Shown here one piece after another: positions 27,867-37,830 of a DNA stretch of 51,414 nucleotides. The DNA comes from Clostridia bacterium (GTDB lineage: Bacteria; Bacillota; Clostridia; Christensenellales; UBA3700). Under the pieces are notes generated by a model. That model did not search any database, was not told where the DNA came from, and saw nothing but the letters and a program-made list of their open reading frames with translations. A program made the translations under genes and the position numbers. How positions within the stretch are numbered: the first letter of the stretch is position 1; every line of letters starts with the position of its first letter. The stretch lies in the NCBI GenBank assembly GCA_029060065.1, contig JAIDUT010000073.1, positions 1-51,414 of the forward strand, given 5' to 3'.

Positions 27867-29837
27867 ATGGAGAAGAAAAAGTTTTATATCACTACACCTA
27901 TTTATTATCCTAGCGGTAAGTGGCACATAGGCACTTGTTATACTACGATTATCTGCGACGCTTTGGCAAGATATAAGCGTATGCAAGGATACGACGTATT
28001 CTATCTTACGGGTACGGACGAACACGGTCAAAAGATTCAAAAGGTTGCAGGTTCTCACGGCGTGCCTGTAAAGCAATATATTGACGGCGTAGTAGACGAG
28101 CTTAAAAGACTTTGGGACTTGCTGGATATATCTTACGACAAGTTTATTCGCACGACTGACGATTATCATGAGAAAGCCGTGCAGAAGATTTTCCAAAAGC
28201 TCTATGACAAGGGGGATATATACAAGAGCGCCTATGAGGGGTGGTATTGTACGCCTTGCGAAGCCTTTTGGACAAAGACGCAACTCGTAGACGGCAAATG
28301 CCCCGACTGCGGAAGAGAAGTTGAGCTTACCAAAGAAGAGAGTTATTTCTTTAAGCTCAGCAAGTATCAGGACAAAATTCAAAAACTTATTGAGGAAGAC
28401 AAGGAGTTTTTGCAACCTATTACCCGTCAAAACGAGATGCTCAACAACTTTATTAAACCGGGACTTCAAGACTTATGCGTATCGCGTACTTCATTTGATT
28501 GGGGTATTAAAGTTCCTTTCGACCCAAAGCACGTAGTGTACGTATGGATTGACGCGCTCACCAACTATATTACGGCGCTCGGCTACGGCGGTGAGGACGA
28601 AGAACTTTTCAAGAAGTATTGGCCCGCCGACGTGCATATGATGGGCAAGGAAATTATCCGCTTCCATTCGATAATATGGCCTGCAATTCTTATGGCGCTT
28701 GATTTGCCGTTGCCGAAGAAAGTATACGGTCACGGCTGGCTCATGTTCAACAATGATAAGATGAGCAAGTCCAAGGGCAATATTGTAGACCCGTTTATTC
28801 TCTGTGAGAGATACGGCGTTGACGCGTTGAGATATTATTTGTTGAGAGAAGTGCCTTTCGGTCAGGACGGCAATTTTACCAACGAAATATTCCTCAAACT
28901 TCGCAACAGCGACCTTGCCAACGACCTTGGCAACTTAGTATCGAGAGTTACGGCGATGGTAGCGCAATACTTTGACGGAGTAATACCTGCGCCTATAGAT
29001 AGCAACGAAATCGATAAAGACTTGATTGCAATGGCGGAGAAGATGTATCCCACCGTTACGGCGTATATGGATGAGATGAGAGCGCCAGAGGCTTTGGATA
29101 CCATTTTCAAGGTAATTCAAAGGGCAAATAAGTATATCGACGAATGTACGCCTTGGATACTTGCCAAGAGCGACGAGGGAAGAGAAAGGCTAAAGACGGT
29201 ACTTTACAACCTCTGCGAAACAATTAGAATGACGTCGGTTATTCTTCAACCTTTCCTCACTAAGACGCCTGTAAAGATATTCGAGAAGTTGGGTATCAAA
29301 GACGGTATGGGACTGACAGGCTTTGACTCTTTGGAGAAATTCGGAGCAAAGATACACGGATTAAAGGTGGACAAGGGCGAGCAACTTTTCCAAAGAATAG
29401 ATATTGCCAAAGAACTAAAGGTAATGGACGAAATCTTAGAACAAGAAAAGAAAAAAGCCAAAGAGCAGAAAAAGGAGAAAGAAAAAGTGGAAAACGTAGT
29501 TACGCTACAACAGATAGGAATAGAGGATTTTGCCAAGATAGAACTCAAGGTGGGTACTGTCTTGGAGTGCAAAAAGGTGGAGAAAGCCGACAAGTTGCTT
29601 TGTTCGCAAATTGACGTGGGAGAAGAGAATCCCCGCACTATAGTCAGCGGTATCGCCAAATATTATACGCCCGAAGATATGGTAGGTAAGCAGGTAATCG
29701 TAGTTACCAACTTGAAGCCTGCAAAACTAAGGGGAATAGAATCTCAAGGCATGGTATTATGCGCCGAGGACGAAAACGGCGATTTGGCATTGATTGCACC
29801 TATCAAGTCCGTTAAGTCGGGTAGTATCGTAGGATAA
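27867..29837 (+). CDS. metG: methionine--tRNA ligase with C-terminal tRNA-binding (EMAP/Trbp111-like) domain
   Basis: AAGGAAGG SD before ATG 27867. FYITTPIYYPSGKWHIG, Zn knuckles CTPCEAFW..CPDCGRE, KMSKSKGN, and C-terminal VGTVLECKKVEKADKLL. Confidence 0.95.
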   Translation: MEKKKFYITTPIYYPSGKWHIGTCYTTIICDALARYKRMQGYDVFYLTGTDEHGQKIQKVAGSHGVPVKQYIDGVVDELKRLWDLLDISYDKFIRTTDDYHEKAVQKIFQKLYDKGDIYKSAYEGWYCTPCEAFWTKTQLVDGKCPDCGREVELTKEESYFFKLSKYQDKIQKLIEEDKEFLQPITRQNEMLNNFIKPGLQDLCVSRTSFDWGIKVPFDPKHVVYVWIDALTNYITALGYGGEDEELFKKYWPADVHMMGKEIIRFHSIIWPAILMALDLPLPKKVYGHGWLMFNNDKMSKSKGNIVDPFILCERYGVDALRYYLLREVPFGQDGNFTNEIFLKLRNSDLANDLGNLVSRVTAMVAQYFDGVIPAPIDSNEIDKDLIAMAEKMYPTVTAYMDEMRAPEALDTIFKVIQRANKYIDECTPWILAKSDEGRERLKTVLYNLCETIRMTSVILQPFLTKTPVKIFEKLGIKDGMGLTGFDSLEKFGAKIHGLKVDKGEQLFQRIDIAKELKVMDEILEQEKKKAKEQKKEKEKVENVVTLQQIGIEDFAKIELKVGTVLECKKVEKADKLLCSQIDVGEENPRTIVSGIAKYYTPEDMVGKQVIVVTNLKPAKLRGIESQGMVLCAEDENGDLALIAPIKSVKSGSIVG

Positions 29838-29852
29838 ACTCAAAGGAAACGT

Positions 29853-30626
29853 ATGATTATTGATTCTCACGCGCATTTGAGCGACGAAAGATTGATTGGC
29901 AGAGTGGGCGAAATTTCCGATAGTTTATTGCTAAGCGGTCTGGAGAGTGTCTTTGAAGTTGGCTTTGATTTGCAATCATCTAAAAGCGCAATCCGACTTG
30001 CTAGAGAGTACGACAATATCTATGCAATAATAGGTACGCATCCGCACGAAGCCAAATATTACGACGCGCAAACTGAAGAATTTTATATACAAAACGCTTG
30101 CAATAAGAAAGTGCTTGCGATTGGCGAGATAGGACTTGATTATTTCTATGATAAGTCGGATAGGGACGTTCAACGCGACGTATTTGCAAGACAAATCCAA
30201 CTTGCAGATAAAGTCGGATTGCCTATAGTATTGCATATCCGCGACGCTTACGGCGACGCAATAGAAATATTGGATGCTCATAGGGATAAGCTAAATCACG
30301 GCGTTTTATTGCATTGTTATTCGGGAAGCGCGGAGATGATAAAGCAATTCAATAAATATAATTGCTATTACGCTCTGGGCGGAGCGATAACTTTTAAGAA
30401 CGCAAAGAAAGACGACGTAATCATGGCTTTACCCGAGGATAGGCTTTTGGTAGAAACGGATTGCCCGTATATGACGCCCGTACCGTACAGAGGTCAAACT
30501 AATGAGCCGAAGTTGGTCAATCTCGTAGTCGATAAGATAGCTTCGATAAAGGGCGTAGAGCGAGAGAAAATAGAAAGTATAACTTATGAAAACACAAAGA
30601 GATTGTTTTTCAAATACTGCAAATGA
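29853..30626 (+). CDS. tatD: TatD-family metal-dependent hydrolase/DNase
   Basis: IDSHAHL, GEIGLDY, LHIRDA, LHCYSG and ETDCPYM. Confidence 0.9.
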   Translation: MIIDSHAHLSDERLIGRVGEISDSLLLSGLESVFEVGFDLQSSKSAIRLAREYDNIYAIIGTHPHEAKYYDAQTEEFYIQNACNKKVLAIGEIGLDYFYDKSDRDVQRDVFARQIQLADKVGLPIVLHIRDAYGDAIEILDAHRDKLNHGVLLHCYSGSAEMIKQFNKYNCYYALGGAITFKNAKKDDVIMALPEDRLLVETDCPYMTPVPYRGQTNEPKLVNLVVDKIASIKGVEREKIESITYENTKRLFFKYCK

Positions 30627-30635
30627 GGTGACGTT

Positions 30636-31238
30636 ATGCAAAATAAATACGTTTATACAGTAGACAATAACGTGTATATAAATTTAACCAATCGTTGTTC
30701 TAACCGCTGTGAGTTTTGCGTTAGATATTACGACAAACCTATCTACGGCGATTTATGGATAAAGGACGAGCCTACGGCTGATATAGTGATTGATATACTT
30801 GAAAAAGAGTACAATCTGGCTGATTACGGCGAAGTCGTATTTTGCGGATACGGAGAGCCTACGTATCGCTTTGACGCAATAGAAAAGATAAGCGATTACG
30901 TACACTCAAAAGGCGCAAAAACCAGAATTAATACCAACGGTCAGGCAAACGAGATACTTGGTCAGGATATTAGCGAGAGAATCTCAAAATGTATAGATAC
31001 TATCAATATTTCGCTCAACGCTACAGACGCTGTTAAGTACGATAAGATATGCCACAGCGACTTTGGCGAGAGAGCCTTTGACATAATGCTTGACTTTGCC
31101 AAAAAGTGTGTAAATCACGGCGCAAATGTAGTGCTAAGCGTTGTAGACGTAATAGGTCAGGAAGAGATAGCTAAGGCAAGAGAGATTGCAAAGTCAGTGG
31201 GAGCAAAGTTGAGAGTAAGAGAGTTGCTTGAAAAATAA
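30636..31238 (+). CDS. TatD-associated radical SAM protein
   Basis: CX3CX2C motif (NRCSNRCEFCV). About 200 aa, immediately downstream of tatD, as in the described TatD-associated radical SAM family. Confidence 0.75.
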   Translation: MQNKYVYTVDNNVYINLTNRCSNRCEFCVRYYDKPIYGDLWIKDEPTADIVIDILEKEYNLADYGEVVFCGYGEPTYRFDAIEKISDYVHSKGAKTRINTNGQANEILGQDISERISKCIDTINISLNATDAVKYDKICHSDFGERAFDIMLDFAKKCVNHGANVVLSVVDVIGQEEIAKAREIAKSVGAKLRVRELLEK

Positions 31239-31254
31239 AAAGGAGTAAGTTATT

Positions 31255-31776
31255 ATGTATACGCAAAATGAAATATTATGGAAAAGTAGAACAAGCGGAC
31301 ACAAGACTGTAACTATGCTTTTGACGTGTTTGGCAGTTTTGGTTTTGTCACTTGTGGGCGGAGTAATTTCTTCTTCAAAAGATAACGACGTTTTGAAGAT
31401 AGTTTTGATGATTATAGCGGTATTGGCAATAATCGCCTGTCTTGTGACAGTATGTCTGGCAAAACTGACAGACCTAAAATGGAACGTGTCGAATCTTATA
31501 TTCTTTTTAACGGAAGACGGGTTTTATTTTACAGGCGTAGTCAATCAAGATTCTTATTTTTATGCCGAATGGTCAGAGATAGTAGGTTATTCCGTAACTA
31601 CAGGTAAAAACGGCAAAGCCACTGTAACCGTGAATTTCAACGGGATTGCCGACGCCGGATCATACGGAAAGATCAAGCATCTTAAAATGGTCGGTATTTT
31701 AGGTGTCGAGGAACTTTGTAAGATCTTTGAAACGCATGGAATCAATCAAATCGAATACAGCAAGAACATAAAATAG
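31255..31776 (+). CDS. hypothetical membrane protein (2 TM + small soluble domain)
   Basis: AAGGAG SD. Two TM helices (VTMLLTCLAVLVLSLVGGVI, VLMIIAVLAIIACLVTVCLA). No motif recognised. Confidence 0.4.
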   Translation: MYTQNEILWKSRTSGHKTVTMLLTCLAVLVLSLVGGVISSSKDNDVLKIVLMIIAVLAIIACLVTVCLAKLTDLKWNVSNLIFFLTEDGFYFTGVVNQDSYFYAEWSEIVGYSVTTGKNGKATVTVNFNGIADAGSYGKIKHLKMVGILGVEELCKIFETHGINQIEYSKNIK

Positions 31777-31777
31777 T

Positions 31778-32608
31778 ATGAGCGATATAAAACAAATACT
31801 GCAAGATCACAACTTTAGATTCAATAAGCAGTTCGGGCAGAACTTTATCACCGATACCAATCTTTTGCAGGCAATGGTAAAGGATAGCGGAGTAAATGAT
31901 ACGGACGTTGTCGTCGAGATAGGAGCAGGCGCAGGAACGCTTACCAGAGAGCTCGCCAAATCTGCCGGCAAAGTTTTAGCATTTGAGATTGATCGCAATC
32001 TTGTGCCGATACTTGGGCAAACGCTCAAAGGTATGGAAGATAAGGTCGAGGTAGTTTTCAAAGATATTCAAAAAGTCAGCGATGACGAACTTGACGAACT
32101 TTTGGATGGCAAAGACTACAAGGTTGTTGCCAACCTTCCTTACTACATTACCACGCCTATAATTATGAGATTTTTGGAGCGAAAACACCGTCCTGAAAGT
32201 ATTACAGTTATGATACAAAAAGAAGTTGGAGTACGTTTGACTTCTACGTCAACAGACGGAGATTATGGCGTAATTACTCTTGCCATTGCCTTAGAAGGCA
32301 AGGCAAAGATTATGCGCGAAGTGCCGAGATACATGTTTACGCCACAGCCAAACGTAGATAGTTGTATTGTGCGTATAGACCTTGACGATACCTATTCTCA
32401 CGTAGACAAAGCAAAAGTCAAGAAAGTGATTAAATGCGCTTTTGCGATGCGCAGAAAGACGCTTGTCAACAATCTTATGAGCGGGCTTGGCGTGAGTAGG
32501 GAAGTAGCCAACAAAGCGCTCTTTGATATGGAATTGGACGAGAGAATAAGAGGCGAAGTATTGGATATAGACCAATATATCAAGTTGAGCGAGTTACTGT
32601 TGGGATAG
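31778..32608 (+). CDS. rsmA: 16S rRNA (adenine1518/1519-N6)-dimethyltransferase
   Basis: FGQNFITD, VVEIGAGAGTLT and ANLPYYITTPI. Confidence 0.9.
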   Translation: MSDIKQILQDHNFRFNKQFGQNFITDTNLLQAMVKDSGVNDTDVVVEIGAGAGTLTRELAKSAGKVLAFEIDRNLVPILGQTLKGMEDKVEVVFKDIQKVSDDELDELLDGKDYKVVANLPYYITTPIIMRFLERKHRPESITVMIQKEVGVRLTSTSTDGDYGVITLAIALEGKAKIMREVPRYMFTPQPNVDSCIVRIDLDDTYSHVDKAKVKKVIKCAFAMRRKTLVNNLMSGLGVSREVANKALFDMELDERIRGEVLDIDQYIKLSELLLG

Positions 32609-32612
32609 TGTT

Positions 32613-33614
32613 ATGGATAAGAAGTTTTATAATAAAATAATTAAATTGATACCCTCCGATACTCTGAAAGCGTTTCTAAACGAAAGCAAGTTTAGATTTG
32701 AAGAGAAAGATTTGCTTGCTATCATAAATAATTATTCCCGTAATTACAATGAGAAAATTGCGCTACTTGAAGAAGCGGTAGTTTGTCTTGCGGATAAATC
32801 AGCAGTATTTCACGCGAAAAAACTTATTGACTTGCACAAGCGTATTTATGACGGTTTTATGCAACCGGATCAAGATTGTGTGTATGATATAACTATAATA
32901 GAAAGTGATAATTCTCCGGATGATAGACGATTTATCACAAAGACGTTTGAAGACGCTAAAATTCTCATTAAAAATTATAAAAAGCGTTATGGTGACGGAT
33001 TTTATACGAATAGCACGTCAGGCGCTTTAATAGACGGTAAGTACGTCTACTATAAAATTTACAAGTCCACTGCCATTGCTCCGAAAAAGCCGTCGGATAT
33101 TCACAAAAAGGTTGGTCAGGTCGGAGAGTGTCTTTTAGGAAAAAAATTAGAAATTCTTGACGTAGATTTGTATTACTACGGTATTACGGACGTGTATGGT
33201 TGTAAAAACAAAGACTGTGACGAAGATTGCAAAAGCCAATGTATAATGATGCACCAATACTATATAAAATTTCCTGCATTTCTGGAGCAGTATCAATTAG
33301 TTGCGTTTAAGGGGTGGGATAAAATAAACTATGGTATTTTGCCATATAAAATGAAAGACGGCGACGATGATTCCTACGTAATAAATTTGGACGATAACGG
33401 TTTTATAGCAAATAGAGAAAAGTTAGAAGGACTTGATGACTACCGTATTTTCGACGATCATTGCCATCCGTCATATTTTGATATTTACGTACCTGAGCGA
33501 CAAGACGTGCCGGACAATATATACGAGAATTACTTGTATGCCGTTGAGATACTAAAAGAGTTAGGCTACAACAGCGACGGTTCCGAAAATATACGCCGGT
33601 ACGTTATAAAATAG
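32613..33614 (+). CDS. hypothetical protein
   Basis: 333-aa ORF with a Cys cluster (CKNKDCDEDCKSQC). No family recognised. Confidence 0.35.
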   Translation: MDKKFYNKIIKLIPSDTLKAFLNESKFRFEEKDLLAIINNYSRNYNEKIALLEEAVVCLADKSAVFHAKKLIDLHKRIYDGFMQPDQDCVYDITIIESDNSPDDRRFITKTFEDAKILIKNYKKRYGDGFYTNSTSGALIDGKYVYYKIYKSTAIAPKKPSDIHKKVGQVGECLLGKKLEILDVDLYYYGITDVYGCKNKDCDEDCKSQCIMMHQYYIKFPAFLEQYQLVAFKGWDKINYGILPYKMKDGDDDSYVINLDDNGFIANREKLEGLDDYRIFDDHCHPSYFDIYVPERQDVPDNIYENYLYAVEILKELGYNSDGSENIRRYVIK

Positions 33615-33619
33615 TATCG

Positions 33620-34231
33620 CTAAATATTAGAATAGTCTATCTTTCTATTCTTAAAATAGTATTCTTTATCTTTATCGTTAATATCTCTTAATACTTTACA
33701 AGGATTGCCGACGGCGACTGAGTTGGACGGAATATCTTTTGTCACAACGCTACCTGCGCCTATTACGGTATTATCGCCTATTGTAATCCCCGGCAGTACT
33801 ATTACTCCTGCGCCAAGCCAACAATTCTTGCCGATATGTATCGGCGCATTGAATTGATAACCTTGTTCTCTAAGCATAGGCAATATTGGGTGTCCCGCTG
33901 TGGCAAGTACGACGTTGGGACCGAACATTGTATTGTCGCCGACGTAGATATGCGTATCGTCGACCATAGTCAAGTTGAAATTAGCGTACACGTCATTGCC
34001 GAAGTGGCAGTGCTTACCGCCGAAGTTGGAGTGAAAAGGCGGTTCGATATAACAGTTTTCGCCTATTTCGGCAAACATTTCTTTTAACATTTGTTGGCGT
34101 TTTTTGCTCTCGGTAGGGCGAGTAAGGTTGAAGTCGTAAAGTTTATCCAAACACTTATTTTGTTCCTCAGCGATTTGCGGGTCGCCGGGGAAGTACAATT
34201 CTCCGCAGTGCATTTTATCTTTAATGGTCAT
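33620..34231 (-). CDS. maa: maltose/galactoside O-acetyltransferase (left-handed beta-helix)
   Basis: Mac N-terminal domain (GELYFPGDPQIAEEQNKCLDKLYDFN) plus hexapeptide repeats (IGKNCWLGAGVIVLPGITIGDNTVIGAGSVV). Confidence 0.8.
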   Translation of the reverse strand: MTIKDKMHCGELYFPGDPQIAEEQNKCLDKLYDFNLTRPTESKKRQQMLKEMFAEIGENCYIEPPFHSNFGGKHCHFGNDVYANFNLTMVDDTHIYVGDNTMFGPNVVLATAGHPILPMLREQGYQFNAPIHIGKNCWLGAGVIVLPGITIGDNTVIGAGSVVTKDIPSNSVAVGNPCKVLRDINDKDKEYYFKNRKIDYSNI

Positions 34232-34356
34232 CTTGCATTATCCTCATATAATCTATATTGAATATATTATATCATAGTATTTGTATCTAAGTAAAGATAT
34301 AATTTTTGCATATTACGTCCGTTCGTCGCATAAGTTATCGTGTACGGAGGTAGAAT

Positions 34357-35271
34357 ATGGTAATTTTGAAAAAAATAGTTATTATGACAGAACACGGCAA
34401 AAGTAATTGCTCGGGTATAGTCAAATTTGAAAACTTTGCGGGCAGGACAAGTTGCTTCGTCAGAATTTTAGGTATGAAAGGCAGTGGAGTAATTTGTATA
34501 AAGTGCGGAGACGATATTATGTACTTGGGTAATCTTTTTGACGGAGAGCATAAGTTTAATGCGCTTTACGACCTCAATAAGACAATACAAATCGTAGTTG
34601 TCGCAGACGGCAGTGTGGTTAGCATGGGAAGCAACAAGGGAAGATTTTCTCCCAACGCTTTGATGATAGACATACATAGATACTACGCTAGAATGCCACA
34701 GAGAATAGACGACACGACCGAAGCGGTAGAAATAGTCGAACAAATTGCTTCACAGCAGAATCATGCTGAAGAAAGCTGTAGAGCTGACGCTCAAGAGAAT
34801 TCTATAGAAGATGCTGTCGCAGAGGTAGGACAAGAGCCGGCAGTTCTAAGCAACGCCGAAGAAACTACGTTCGTACGCGAAGATAAGGTCGAGAAGATTA
34901 CTCGCAACAAACAAGATAAAAAGGTAAGTCAAACTAAGACGGCAGAACCGTTCTATAAAAAGATAGAGAAGAACTTGAACGAATTGTTCGAGGTGCATGA
35001 AAAGGACGAAGAATTGACTTTACTTATTCCCGATAGCAAGTGGGCGAGAGTGCCTATCGAGGGTGACGGATACTACGTGGTAGGCGTGATAGAAAGCGAC
35101 GGCGTACCCAATATAATTTGTTACGGAGTGCCCGACAAAGACGATTCTAATCCACCGCAAAACAGTAACGACTGCAGACAGTGGATGGAGATAGAGAAAG
35201 GCGGAAGAGGATATTGGATGATGTATCAGTCGGCGGTAAGCGGAGAAACGTTGACTACGACAATTATATAA
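34357..35271 (+). CDS. hypothetical protein
   Basis: GGAGG SD. 304 aa with an acidic low-complexity middle region and a conserved-looking C-terminus (YYVVGVIESDGVPNIICYGVP...YWMMYQS). No family recognised. Confidence 0.35.
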   Translation: MVILKKIVIMTEHGKSNCSGIVKFENFAGRTSCFVRILGMKGSGVICIKCGDDIMYLGNLFDGEHKFNALYDLNKTIQIVVVADGSVVSMGSNKGRFSPNALMIDIHRYYARMPQRIDDTTEAVEIVEQIASQQNHAEESCRADAQENSIEDAVAEVGQEPAVLSNAEETTFVREDKVEKITRNKQDKKVSQTKTAEPFYKKIEKNLNELFEVHEKDEELTLLIPDSKWARVPIEGDGYYVVGVIESDGVPNIICYGVPDKDDSNPPQNSNDCRQWMEIEKGGRGYWMMYQSAVSGETLTTTII

Positions 35272-35285
35272 TCTATATAAAGATG

Positions 35286-35316
35286 AAAAGAGATAACTTC
35301 GGTTATCTCTTTTTAC
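35286..35316 (+). terminator. rho-independent terminator
   Basis: AAAAGAGATAAC (35286-35297), a TTCG loop, GTTATCTCTTTT (35302-35313), then a T-run. Confidence 0.8.
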
Positions 35317-35337
35317 TTTGTCAGCGTAAAATATAAG

Positions 35338-35366
35338 TTGCAAAAGTTAGGTATTTATTATACAAT
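35338..35366 (+). promoter_or_regulatory. sigma-A promoter abutting the GNAT gene (predicted leaderless mRNA)
   Basis: TTGCAA (35338-35343), a 17-nt spacer, TACAAT (35361-35366), 6 nt, then ATG 35373. No SD. Confidence 0.55.
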
Positions 35367-35372
35367 TATAAT

Positions 35373-35786
35373 ATGGAATGTAAGACTTTTGATTATTTAC
35401 CTCAAGAAGCGAGAAATATACGAGTAGAGGTATTTGTTAAGGAACAAGGCTTTGAGTATGAGTTCGATAGTTTTGACGAAAAAGCTACGCATATAATTAT
35501 CTTTGACAACAATAAAGCCGTAGCGACTTGCAGATATTTTAATCAAGACGGGTATTATTTGATAGGGCGAATTGCAGTAATCAAAGAATACAGGGGCTTA
35601 GGTCTTGGAGCAAAGTTACTTGAATTTGCTAAACTTCAAATTGATAAACTTGGCGGAAAAGAGATAAGAATACATGCGCAAAAGCGCGTAGAAGGCTTCT
35701 ATATAAAACAAGGCTATGAAGCGTTTGGGGAAACGGACTTTGACGAAGGATGTGAACACGTCTGGTTAAGACGCAGTATAAATTAG
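35373..35786 (+). CDS. GNAT-family N-acetyltransferase
   Basis: The acetyl-CoA binding motif is IAVIKEYRGLGLGAKLLE. Confidence 0.75.
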   Translation: MECKTFDYLPQEARNIRVEVFVKEQGFEYEFDSFDEKATHIIIFDNNKAVATCRYFNQDGYYLIGRIAVIKEYRGLGLGAKLLEFAKLQIDKLGGKEIRIHAQKRVEGFYIKQGYEAFGETDFDEGCEHVWLRRSIN

Positions 35787-35809
35787 AAAAATATGATAAG
35801 GCGGTGCGT

Positions 35810-36763
35810 ATGAAAGTCGAAAGAATCGAAGCAATTCCACTTGACAAAAAGACTGCTGAAAAGTATGCAATACAAATTGCTAAACATCAGGTTAAACAAG
35901 AAATAAAAAAAGTAAAGTATCTTGGCGGAGGTTCGTTCGGTCGGGCTTACGGCATAGAGTTGGAGGACGGTAAGAAAATCGTAGTCAAGTTCTTGCGGGC
36001 TAACGATATGCTCGATAAAGAAATATACGACTTAAAATTGCTTGCGGATAATTGTCCCGTAAAGATTCCCAAAGTTTTGTTTGTTCAAAAAGCCGATGAC
36101 AGCATTCCCGTAGACTGTTACGGAATGGAACTTATTGAGGGTAAAAATGCAATGATGGCTTTTGGAATGTTGCTCCAAAGTAAGCGCAAGCGGGAAAAAT
36201 TTGCCGATGAAGTCACTTCCGCATTACATCAAATCCATTGTAATAAGAACCAGAAATTCGGCGATACTCTTTCACCCGATTGTGAAGATTGGATGGACTA
36301 TTATAAACCGTTTGCAAAAGCGGTGTTGGACAAAGCCGAAGAAATGTATAATTCAAATGTGCTTTCCGAAAAAATCATTACTGCGATGCGTACGGCATGG
36401 AGTAAATTCGATATTATCTTTTCCGAAAAGGTTGAAGAAGCGTGTCTAATACACGGCGATTTGAACGTTGCTAATATTATGGTCGGGAAGAATAATAAAG
36501 TAAGCGGTTTTATCGACCCGCTCAATTCTATGTACGCAGACAGAGAATACGACCTATTTCAATTTGACAACCTTACAGGTAAGAGATTTAATTTGCGCAA
36601 TGCGTATATTAAAAAATACGGCGCAAGCAAATTGTGCGACGTTAAATGCGCATTTTACGCTCTATGGAACGAAGTTTACTGCTTAATTAAAACGGGCGTA
36701 CTCGTAAACTTTATCATGAACCCGCTTATTAGGAATATGCATAAAAGGCTTGCTGAGCTATAA
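35810..36763 (+). CDS. aminoglycoside phosphotransferase/fructosamine-kinase-like (APH fold) protein kinase family
   Basis: GGGSFGRAYGI Gly-loop, VVKF Lys, catalytic IHGDLNVANIMV, and FIDP. Confidence 0.65.
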   Translation: MKVERIEAIPLDKKTAEKYAIQIAKHQVKQEIKKVKYLGGGSFGRAYGIELEDGKKIVVKFLRANDMLDKEIYDLKLLADNCPVKIPKVLFVQKADDSIPVDCYGMELIEGKNAMMAFGMLLQSKRKREKFADEVTSALHQIHCNKNQKFGDTLSPDCEDWMDYYKPFAKAVLDKAEEMYNSNVLSEKIITAMRTAWSKFDIIFSEKVEEACLIHGDLNVANIMVGKNNKVSGFIDPLNSMYADREYDLFQFDNLTGKRFNLRNAYIKKYGASKLCDVKCAFYALWNEVYCLIKTGVLVNFIMNPLIRNMHKRLAEL

Positions 36764-36814
36764 TTTAGCTAGCGTAGAAATACGCACGCAATAATAAATA
36801 AGTTAACTATTAAT

Positions 36815-36855
36815 AAAATTAAGAAAGCGTGATTTAATTACGCTTTCTTAATTTT
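36815..36855. terminator. bidirectional rho-independent terminator between convergent genes
   Basis: A perfect 16-bp stem: AAAATTAAGAAAGCGT (36815-36830) pairs with ACGCTTTCTTAATTTT (36840-36855). A/T runs lie on both sides. Confidence 0.85.
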
Positions 36856-36887
36856 GTTTTATGGTAGCTATAGTAATAAGATTGTTG

Positions 36888-37829
36888 TTATTTCTTGCGT
36901 TTGATTGCTTTCAAAGTTTTTTGCACTATGTCGTCTACCGTCAAGTGGAATCTTTGCGCAAGGTATGGCATTTTGCCTACTTCGCCAAATTCGTCTTGCA
37001 CGCCTACGCTTTCCATCGGAACGGGGCAGTTGTTAACTACGACTTCTGCTACGGCAGAGTATAGGCCGTTGCGGATATTGTGGTTTTCGGCTACGACGAG
37101 TGCGCCTGTGCTTTTTGCAACTTTGATAATAGCTTGTTCGTCGATAGGCTTCCAAGTAAACACGTTGAGTACGCCCACGCTCATTCCCATACCCTTAAAT
37201 ATTTTGCTTGCTTCGATTGCCTTGCTTACCATAATGCCTGACGCGATTATCGTTGCGTCCTTGCCGTTGACTACGCTCTTTGCTTTGAGTAGGTCAAAGG
37301 TTTCGCCCTCTTGATATACGGTTTCTGCCTTCTTGCGTTGCATTCTTATATACGTTGCGCCATCGTATGCGATAATTTGTGGCATGAGTGCTTTGAGCAT
37401 AGTAGCGTCCGTAGGTTCTACGCAAAGCATATTTGGTATTCCGCGCATAATTCCCATATCTTCAAAAGGCATATGAGTACCGCCGTTGATTTCTGCGCAG
37501 ATACCAGGGTCCGTACCTACTATCTTAACGTTTTGTTTGCTGTACGCGACGCTAATGAATATCTGGTCATAGCATCTTCTTGTCGCGAAAGTGCCGAAAG
37601 AAGAGCAGAAGGGAATTTTACCGCAAGTAGCAAGTCCGGCTGATACGCCCACCATGTTTGCTTCAGCGATACCCACGTTGAAAAATCTATCGGGGTAGGC
37701 TTTTTTGAAAGCACCTGTCTTAATACAGTTCATTAGGTCGGCTTCGACGACTACGATTTTGTCGTTGGTCTTTGCCTCTTCTACCAAAGAGTTGCAATAT
37801 ACTTCTCTCAATTCCAAACTATCTTGCAT
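36888..37829 (-). CDS. transketolase, C-terminal (pyrimidine-binding) subunit
   Basis: FFNVGIAEANMVGVSAGLA and FATRRCYDQI. 313 aa, directly downstream of the N-terminal subunit. Confidence 0.9.
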   Translation of the reverse strand: MQDSLELREVYCNSLVEEAKTNDKIVVVEADLMNCIKTGAFKKAYPDRFFNVGIAEANMVGVSAGLATCGKIPFCSSFGTFATRRCYDQIFISVAYSKQNVKIVGTDPGICAEINGGTHMPFEDMGIMRGIPNMLCVEPTDATMLKALMPQIIAYDGATYIRMQRKKAETVYQEGETFDLLKAKSVVNGKDATIIASGIMVSKAIEASKIFKGMGMSVGVLNVFTWKPIDEQAIIKVAKSTGALVVAENHNIRNGLYSAVAEVVVNNCPVPMESVGVQDEFGEVGKMPYLAQRFHLTVDDIVQKTLKAIKRKK

Positions 37830-37830
37830 A